This document shows positions 26,660-32,000 of a DNA stretch of 32,000 bases, in pieces. Position 1 is the first letter of the stretch. Every line of letters begins with the position of its first letter. The DNA comes from Pseudomonadota bacterium (GTDB lineage Bacteria > Pseudomonadota > Gammaproteobacteria > Burkholderiales > Burkholderiaceae_D), in assembly GCA_040388275.1 (NCBI GenBank), contig JAZKCA010000070.1, positions 47,127 to 79,126 of the forward strand, in the 5' to 3' direction. The notes below the pieces were generated by a model. That model worked only from the letters and a program-made list of their open reading frames with translations. It was not told where the DNA came from and did not search any database. The position numbers were made by a program, and so were the translations under genes.

Positions 26660-27343
26660 ATGAGCAACCATCCACGCCTCGTTCTAAAAAATGTTCCGCT
26701 TCATATCGTTCAGCGGGGAAATAATCGTAATCCCTGCTTCTTCTCGAGAACCGATTACCTGGTCTACCTCTCGATGTTGGCTCAGGCCGCTTCTGAATCC
26801 GGCTGCCGCGTGCACGCCTACGTGCTCATGACAAATCACGTGCATATTCTCGCTTCGCCAGATGAAGTGACGTCGCCCGCGGGGATGATGAAGGGCCTGG
26901 GGCAGCGCTACGTAAAATATGTGAACCGGCGCTATGGCCGTAACGGTACCTTGTGGCAAGGGCGTTACCGATCTTGCCTGGTGGACAATGAATACTATTT
27001 TATGGTCTGCCAGCGTTACGTGGAACTAAACCCTGTGCGAGCTGGACTAGCGCGGGATCCGACGGAATATGAGTGGTCCAGCTACCGGTCCAATGCTTAC
27101 GGTTCGATCAACCGGACTATCACGCCGCATTGCATCTACACCGGACTTGGTGGACAGGAACTCGAACGGCAGTCGAATTATCGGGCGCTCTTCATGGAGG
27201 CAATTCCCGAATCGTCGCTTGCGCAAGTGCGGGATGCGACCAATCGCAACAGCGCGTTTGGTTCAATGCATTTTCTTGATGAAATCGAGAAGACTTTTGG
27301 CCGCGACCTGACTCGTCGAAATCTCAAGCGTAAGCGCGATTGA
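26660..27343 (+). CDS. rayT: REP-associated tyrosine transposase (RAYT; IS200/IS605-type Y1 HUH transposase family)
   Basis: 227 aa from MSNHPRLVLKNVPLHIVQRGNNRNPCFF. The HUH motif is in YVLMTNHVHILA and the catalytic-Tyr helix is QRYVELNPVRAGL. The gene is flanked by REPs. The track start at 26525 would run through the REP array. Confidence 0.85.
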   Translation: MSNHPRLVLKNVPLHIVQRGNNRNPCFFSRTDYLVYLSMLAQAASESGCRVHAYVLMTNHVHILASPDEVTSPAGMMKGLGQRYVKYVNRRYGRNGTLWQGRYRSCLVDNEYYFMVCQRYVELNPVRAGLARDPTEYEWSSYRSNAYGSINRTITPHCIYTGLGGQELERQSNYRALFMEAIPESSLAQVRDATNRNSAFGSMHFLDEIEKTFGRDLTRRNLKRKRD

Positions 27344-27370
27344 CAATGACGCCATTGCTCATAGAGATAT

Positions 27371-27427
27371 GGTCGACCTCAAAATCAGGTCTGACCTGGA
27401 ATCCAAGAATCAGGTCTGACCTCGATG
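27371..27427 (-). repeat. REP copies in reverse orientation downstream of rayT
   Basis: ATCAGGTCTGACCTGG (27384-27399) and ATCAGGTCTGACCTCGATG (27409-27427) are reverse complements of the upstream REP core. A degenerate GGTCGACCTC lies at 27371-27380. The repeats sit between the rayT stop and the ycgR stop. Confidence 0.85.
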
Positions 27428-27434
27428 TGGAAAC

Positions 27435-28193
27435 TCAGGCCAGGCCGGCGAGGCGGGCGTTGCGTTCGCGCTCGAGCTTGGTGATGTAGCGTTGCACCTG
27501 GGCCAGGCCGCCACGCGTGAGGTTGACGAATTCCATCCCCAGGCGCCGGTTCGGCTTGCCGTTGAGCAGGGTCAGGTCGAGCGAGTTGCGCACCTGTAGC
27601 GTCATCGGCACCGGGCCGATCTCGGGCAGGTCGAGCCGGCAGCCGAGGTAGTTCAGGCCGATCGTGTTGTCCAGTTCCATCTTGGCGTCGAGCAGGGCGA
27701 TGCCGCCGCAGCTGATGTCGGCCAGCGGGAACACGGCAATGCCGCCGCCTTGCTGCGGCGGCATGGTCAGCGATACCCGCACCGGGTTGCTGACCGGGGT
27801 GTCCATCCGGTAATACTCGCGCCGCTGCAGGCGCACCATGGTTTGCGGAATCGGCATGCTGAACGCCGCGCTGCCCTCGAACATGCTGGCCTCGATGCCA
27901 GGCCCGGCAAACAAGATGCGGATCTTGTCGAGCGTGGTCTCGAAACGCAGCCCGCTCGCCGCCAGCGCCCGCAGATTTTGTTCCTTGTTGATCGAGCAAT
28001 CGAGAATCAGCTGGTCGCCGTCCGCGTCGACCTCGAGGATCGAGGTGACGCACACGTCGGCCTCGCCATGGATCAACATGCGGATCAATTGCTTTTTTTC
28101 GCCGATGGCGCGCAGCAAGGCGATGATTTCGCGGCGCGAGACGATTTCGAAATCGTGCCAGTTCTCTAATGTTGCATCGTGAATTGGTTGCAT
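27435..28193 (-). CDS. ycgR: c-di-GMP-binding flagellar brake protein YcgR (PilZN + PilZ)
   Basis: 252 aa. The PilZ signatures RREYYR (RxxxR) and DISCGG (DxSxxG) fall at 27702-27824. The N-terminal YcgR-type domain reads FEIVSRREIIALLRAIGEKKQLIRM. Confidence 0.88.
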   Translation of the reverse strand: MQPIHDATLENWHDFEIVSRREIIALLRAIGEKKQLIRMLIHGEADVCVTSILEVDADGDQLILDCSINKEQNLRALAASGLRFETTLDKIRILFAGPGIEASMFEGSAAFSMPIPQTMVRLQRREYYRMDTPVSNPVRVSLTMPPQQGGGIAVFPLADISCGGIALLDAKMELDNTIGLNYLGCRLDLPEIGPVPMTLQVRNSLDLTLLNGKPNRRLGMEFVNLTRGGLAQVQRYITKLERERNARLAGLA

Positions 28194-28209
28194 CTGAAGC
28201 GCGCTAGTC

Positions 28210-28545
28210 CTAAGGTTCGATCAACAAAGCCGTGTCCGGCGGGGGCGGCGGGGTGCCATGCGAACGTTGCGCGGCTTCAACATGATATAGCCATGCCAGC
28301 AGTTCCGCAATTGCCCGATACAGGGCCGGCGGGATTTGTCGGTCGAGGTCCACATCCATCAGCAGCGATACCAGTTCCTTGGACTCGTGCACGAACACGC
28401 CGGCTTCGCCAGCGCGCTTGATGATCTGTTCGGCGATCAGCCCCTGGCCCTTGGCCACCACCTTGGGCGCGCCTTCGCCGTCGCGGTAGGCCAGCGCCAC
28501 GGCCGACAGCTTGCGGCGCGGCAGGGGGCGCGGGGTCTCGCTCAT
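28210..28545 (-). CDS. Stand-alone FlhB C-terminal-domain-like protein (EscU/YscU/FlhB switch-domain family, no TM region, no NPTH site)
   Basis: 111 aa from MSETPRPLPRRKLSAVALAYRDGEGAPKVVAKGQGLIAEQIIKRAGEAGVFVHESKELVSLLMDVDLDRQIPPALYRAIAELLAWLY. It is collinear with the FlhB region that follows the NP|TH cleavage site (E. coli ..NPTHYAVALQY..APKVLAKGAG...IPATLYAAVAEVLAWVY). The ATG overlaps the upstream stop (ATGA). Confidence 0.85.
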   Translation of the reverse strand: MSETPRPLPRRKLSAVALAYRDGEGAPKVVAKGQGLIAEQIIKRAGEAGVFVHESKELVSLLMDVDLDRQIPPALYRAIAELLAWLYHVEAAQRSHGTPPPPPDTALLIEP

Positions 28546-29777
28546 GCGTCGGCGTCGGCGGCGCGGATGGTCAGCCCCGCCAGCGGCGTGCCGGCCGCGT
28601 CCAGCGACAGGCCGAGCGCGCCGGCGTGCTGGCGCAGCAGCGCGCCGACGGCGCCGTCGCCGGCATCGATATGGATCTGCAGGCGCTGCCCCGACAAGGT
28701 GACGCGGGCGTCGATCTGGCCCAGCGCGGCGAAGCGCAGGCGCACGCTGCTGTGCCACGCGGGCTCCGGCTCGGCGTCGCCGGAAGCGCCGCTGTCGGGC
28801 TCGGGGTCGTCGCGCGCGATGTCCCAGGACAGGTCCTGGCCCGGCCAGGCCTGGCCCTGCCAGGCCACGCGGTGCTGTTCGTGGGTCTGCAGTTGCAAAT
28901 CGATCAATTGGGCGGTGGCCGGATCGGCCAGCGCCGCCGGCAGGCGCGTACCGTCCGGGGCCGGGGCAGCCGGCGGGCGCTGCATCTGCGGTTCCTGGCC
29001 AAGTTCGGCCCGGCTGCGGGTGCCGCTGGCCCATTCGGCCAGGTGCGATTCGTAGAACAGGCCGCTCTTGCCGAGCACGTCCTTGAGGGCGGCGGCCAGC
29101 ATCTCGGGCGCCAGCGGCGGCCCGGTCAGCAGCGGCGCGCGTCCCAGCAGGGCGGTCGGCGCGGCGCCGCCACTCAGCTGCGAGGCGCCCAGCACGCTGC
29201 CGAGGATCTTGCCGGCCGCCGACAAGGTGGCCGGTTCGGTGCCCGCGCCCAGCGCCGGCAGCTGGCCGGCCGGGGTCAGGGGCGCCTTGGCCAGCAGCGC
29301 CGCCGCGTGCGCGCTGCTGCCGACATTGGGCGCGCTGGCGCCGTCGGCGGGGGCGGCCAGCCGTGCTTCGGGCGGCGCCACGCGGGCCGCGCGCGCGCCG
29401 GCCAGGGCCGGCTCGGGCAGCGCCGGGCGCGCCGTCTCGCTCGCCAGTTCGGGGCGCGCTTCGGCGTAGGCGCGCATGCCTGGCTGGGAATGGACTTCGA
29501 AAGTGGGACGCGGCTCGAGCGCGACCAGGGTCAGCGCCACCTGGCTGCCGACCTGGGTCGCGACCGGCAATTGCATGCGGGCGGTCGCGCCCGCGACCTT
29601 GACCAGGAAGCTGCCGTCGGTGAATTTGGAGAGTATGTCGGCCGGCATCGACTTGCCCAGCATGGTGGCAAGCGAGCGCTGGAACGCTTCCTGGCGCGCA
29701 TCGGTGGCGCCCTCGACCGCGGCCGTGGACGCAATGCGCCCGACCGCAGCAATGCTCAGGTCGTTGCGCGGCAGCAT
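28542..29777 (-). CDS. FliK-like protein (second hook-length-control-type protein; Flg_hook-like C-terminal domain)
   Basis: 411 aa with a long Ala/Pro/Gly-rich linker. The C-terminus WHSSVRLRFAALGQIDARVTLSGQRLQIHIDAGDGAVGALLRQHAGALGLSLDAAGTPLAGLTI follows the same L.L.P..LG...V.L......V.F.A pattern as the FliK C-domain at 19208..20584. The assignment is by pattern only. Confidence 0.65.
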   Translation of the reverse strand: MLPRNDLSIAAVGRIASTAAVEGATDARQEAFQRSLATMLGKSMPADILSKFTDGSFLVKVAGATARMQLPVATQVGSQVALTLVALEPRPTFEVHSQPGMRAYAEARPELASETARPALPEPALAGARAARVAPPEARLAAPADGASAPNVGSSAHAAALLAKAPLTPAGQLPALGAGTEPATLSAAGKILGSVLGASQLSGGAAPTALLGRAPLLTGPPLAPEMLAAALKDVLGKSGLFYESHLAEWASGTRSRAELGQEPQMQRPPAAPAPDGTRLPAALADPATAQLIDLQLQTHEQHRVAWQGQAWPGQDLSWDIARDDPEPDSGASGDAEPEPAWHSSVRLRFAALGQIDARVTLSGQRLQIHIDAGDGAVGALLRQHAGALGLSLDAAGTPLAGLTIRAADADA

Positions 29778-29787
29778 GGCCTAGCGC

Positions 29788-30117
29788 TTAGGCGCCGTAC
29801 GCGTCTGCCAGGCGCCGTTCGGCCCCGCAGCTGTTGATCAGGGTGGCCAGTTCCGCCATCCAGGGCGTGGTCAGGTCGCGGATTTCGCGGTCGTGCGCGA
29901 GGATCTGGTGGATCATGGCGACCTTGCGCGCGCGCAGCGCCGGCGGCAGCGCGGCTGCGGTTTCGTTTTGCTGCAGCGTGGCGACGTGGTCGGCGCAATG
30001 CGCCTCGAGCTCGGCCAGGTTTTCCCAGTCGCGCACGCGGGCCGCGGCCAGCATTTGCCCGGTCAGGTCCGACATGGCCTGGTACACATTGATAACTTGT
30101 TCACTATTCATCATCAC
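29788..30117 (-). CDS. fliT: Flagellar chaperone/regulator FliT
   Basis: About 107-109 aa helical protein directly after fliS: ...VINVYQAMSDLTGQMLAAARVRDWENLAELEAHCADHV...DREIRDLTTPWMAELATLI. The start is GTG at 30117, or ATG at 30114 or 30111, overlapping the fliS stop. Confidence 0.72.
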   Translation of the reverse strand: MMMNSEQVINVYQAMSDLTGQMLAAARVRDWENLAELEAHCADHVATLQQNETAAALPPALRARKVAMIHQILAHDREIRDLTTPWMAELATLINSCGAERRLADAYGA

Positions 30118-30590
30118 GCGCTCACAAAGCTGGCCGCGCGCGGCGCCAGGCTGTCGTAGGCCGCGGCCCGGCGCACCGGCTCCGCTGCGGGGGCGCTGAC
30201 CTTGTTGCCGATCTCTTCCCAGGCGCTCTTGATGTCGGCCAGCAAGCCGTGCACTTCGGTCAGGATGGCCTGGTCGTTGGAAATATTGGCCAGCAACAGG
30301 CGCCGTCCCATGTAGTCGTACAGCGAATCGAGGCTGGTGGCGATCTCGCCGCCGGCTTTCTTGTCGAGACTGGCGCGCATGCCGTTTTCGATGATCATGA
30401 TGGCTTTCGAAATGGCATTGCCCTTCTTTTCGATCTGGCCGGCCTGCATGTGGGCCGCGGCGGCCGTGATGGCCGCCATCGCGCCCTCGAGCAGCATGAG
30501 GATAAGCTTGTGGGGACTGGCTGCCACCACGCCGGTTTCGAGGCCGACCTTGGCGTAGGCGTTGGCGCCATTATGCGACGATCCAAACAT
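30114..30590 (-). CDS. fliS: Flagellin-specific export chaperone FliS
   Basis: 158 aa: AYAKVGLETGVVAASPHKLILMLLEGAMAAI...IEKKGNAISKAIMIIENGMRASLD...GGEIATSLDSLYDYMGRRLLLAN. AGGA RBS. Confidence 0.93.
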   Translation of the reverse strand: MFGSSHNGANAYAKVGLETGVVAASPHKLILMLLEGAMAAITAAAAHMQAGQIEKKGNAISKAIMIIENGMRASLDKKAGGEIATSLDSLYDYMGRRLLLANISNDQAILTEVHGLLADIKSAWEEIGNKVSAPAAEPVRRAAAYDSLAPRAASFVSA

Positions 30591-30619
30591 GGGTGTTTCC
30601 TTTCAGGTTAGTAGCGTTC

Positions 30620-32000
30620 TTAACCGCTGATCATGCTGCTCAGTTGCGACAATTGCTGCGTCAAGAAGCTGCTGGTGGTATTCATCTTGCTGATGGTCAG
30701 GTCGAGCGCGGTGAACTGCGCGCGGTAGCGCTTTTCCACGACGTTCAGGCGCGCCGTCAAATCCTGCTGGGTCTTGGTCAAGCCCTTGATCGAGGCGGAA
30801 ATACCGTCGGTGCGCGCCAGCAGCGAGCCGCTGGTGCTCAGGATCGAGGTGGCCAGGGTGTCGAACTGGTGCGCATAGCCTTGCGAGTAATTGACCGTGC
30901 CGCGCGTGCCCAGGGCGCCGCCGGCGACCGTCATCGCCAGTCCGGCCGAGTTGCCGCTGCTGCTGGTGAGCACCTGGCCGTTGCCGGTGGCCGGCAAGCC
31001 GTTGATGGTGCCGCCCACGTCCAGCCCGGTCAACACGCCGGGGCCCGTGGTGTCGAAATTCAGGTTGGCCTGGCCGTTGCCGCCGGTAATCGCAATGGTC
31101 GATGCCGAGCCAAATTTGTTCGACATCATCGACAGCACGCCGCCCGATTCGGTGACCGCCACCGCCGAGCCTGGCGCCGAGAACAGGACGTTGCCGTTGA
31201 TCTTAGATTGCACTTCGGCCGCCAGCGCGGCCGCGTTGGCATAGGTTTTCTGGCTCAGCGTGATGGTGGCGGTGATGCCGTTGAGCTTGACTTCGAGCGT
31301 GTCGTTGGTGGCGTCGACCGCCAGGCCGGCCGGCGCGGTGCCGGTCGAGGTACCCTTGGTGGCCAGCTGCGACACGTCGATCGCGTAAGCGCCCGGCTTG
31401 GTGGAGGCGGAAAAGCCCTTGTAGCTGACCAGGCTGTCGCTGCTCTTGCCGACCGAGGCGAACAGGCCGGCGAAATCGGCGAAGTTGTTGGTGATTGCAT
31501 TGCCCAGCTTGGTCGCGTCGACCGCCAGCGAGCCATCCTTCTGGATCGCCACGCCGATGTCGGACAGGCGCGAAAACGCGCTGGCGCCGCCGGCGACCGG
31601 GGCCGCCAGCACGGCGCGCACCTGGCCTTGCATGCCGCGCACCGACGCTTCGCCATTCAAAATGGCGGCTTGCTTGGTGCTGGCGTTGTAGGCGGTGGCG
31701 TCGACGAAGTTCTTGCTGATCTCGTTGTAGGCCTTGACGAAGTCGTTGACCGCGGTGGTGACCGCGGCGGTGTCGCGCGCGATGGTGACCATGGTCGGGT
31801 CGGCGTTCAGTTTGAGCAAATTGAGCGTGACGCCGCCGATCACGTCGGTCACGCTGTTGCTGGCCTTGGAAATGGCGATGCCGTCGACCGTGAATTCCGA
31901 ATTTTGCGCGGCCGCTTTTTGCGCCAGTCCCTGGGTGCCGGCCGGGTCATGGTTGAGCAGGGTCGACAGGCCGGTATCGGGCGCCGTATCGGCGACCGAA
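30620..32000 (-). CDS. fliD: Filament cap protein FliD (HAP2), 5' end outside the window
   Basis: The C-terminus is ...LTARLNVVEKRYRAQFTALDLTISKMNTTSSFLTQQLSQL. The frame stays open upstream of the track's GTG at 31852. By hand translation it reads ...NSEFTVDGIAISKASNSVTDVIGGVTLNLLK, the classic FliD motif, up to the window edge. Confidence 0.92.
   Translation of the reverse strand, partial: SVADTAPDTGLSTLLNHDPAGTQGLAQKAAAQNSEFTVDGIAISKASNSVTDVIGGVTLNLLKLNADPTMVTIARDTAAVTTAVNDFVKAYNEISKNFVDATAYNASTKQAAILNGEASVRGMQGQVRAVLAAPVAGGASAFSRLSDIGVAIQKDGSLAVDATKLGNAITNNFADFAGLFASVGKSSDSLVSYKGFSASTKPGAYAIDVSQLATKGTSTGTAPAGLAVDATNDTLEVKLNGITATITLSQKTYANAAALAAEVQSKINGNVLFSAPGSAVAVTESGGVLSMMSNKFGSASTIAITGGNGQANLNFDTTGPGVLTGLDVGGTINGLPATGNGQVLTSSSGNSAGLAMTVAGGALGTRGTVNYSQGYAHQFDTLATSILSTSGSLLARTDGISASIKGLTKTQQDLTARLNVVEKRYRAQFTALDLTISKMNTTSSFLTQQLSQLSSMISG

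Larger units (their letters stand above)
26407..27427 (+). mobile_element. REP/RAYT unit ('REPtron'): a RAYT gene bracketed by oppositely oriented REP clusters
   Basis: There are five plus-orientation REP cores upstream and two to three reverse-orientation cores downstream of a Y1/HUH transposase-like gene. See the component features. Confidence 0.8.

Noticed and set aside
28546-29034. Upstream extension of the FlhB-C-like ORF (274-aa track ORF)
   Set aside because: The extension overlaps the fliK-like gene in another frame and is Arg/Pro/Gly-rich junk-like sequence. FlhB-C similarity starts just after the ATG at 28545, which overlaps the upstream stop.
28542-29777. The fliK-like gene as a decaying duplicate (pseudogene) of fliK
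   Set aside because: The reading frame is intact over 411 codons, with a proper start 10 bp after fliT and stop-start coupling to the next gene. The sequence is highly diverged from the window's fliK rather than a recent broken copy.

Overview
This is a high-GC proteobacterial chromosomal segment, and almost all of it is one contiguous flagellar gene block. In order: flgN-flgM-flgA (minus strand), flgBCDEFGHIJKL (plus), fliRQPONMLKJIHGF (minus), fliE (plus). After a REP/RAYT insertion comes a minus-strand late operon: fliD (5' end off the window), fliS, fliT, a fliK-like gene, a stand-alone FlhB-C-terminal-like gene and ycgR. All calls rest on my own reading of the ORF-track translations (family motifs, length, synteny); no database search was run. 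The left edge (1-1808) holds two tandem paralogous secreted M35 'aspzincin' metalloprotease genes, the first cut by the window edge. Two good sigma28 (FliA) promoter matches lie upstream of flgM and flgK. A REP-associated tyrosine transposase (RAYT) gene bracketed by inverted REP clusters sits between fliE and ycgR, and the same REP core forms an inverted doublet downstream of flgN. The most interesting item is a second FliK-like protein whose stop overlaps (ATGA) the start of a soluble protein resembling the already-cleaved FlhB C-terminal sub-domain. This pair lies in the late fliDST operon just upstream of the c-di-GMP brake gene ycgR. The many long ORFs antisense to the flagellar genes are high-GC artefacts. 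Gene order and protein appearance suggest a betaproteobacterium (Burkholderiales/Oxalobacteraceae-like), but that is inference only. Most of the window is a conventional, well-understood system.
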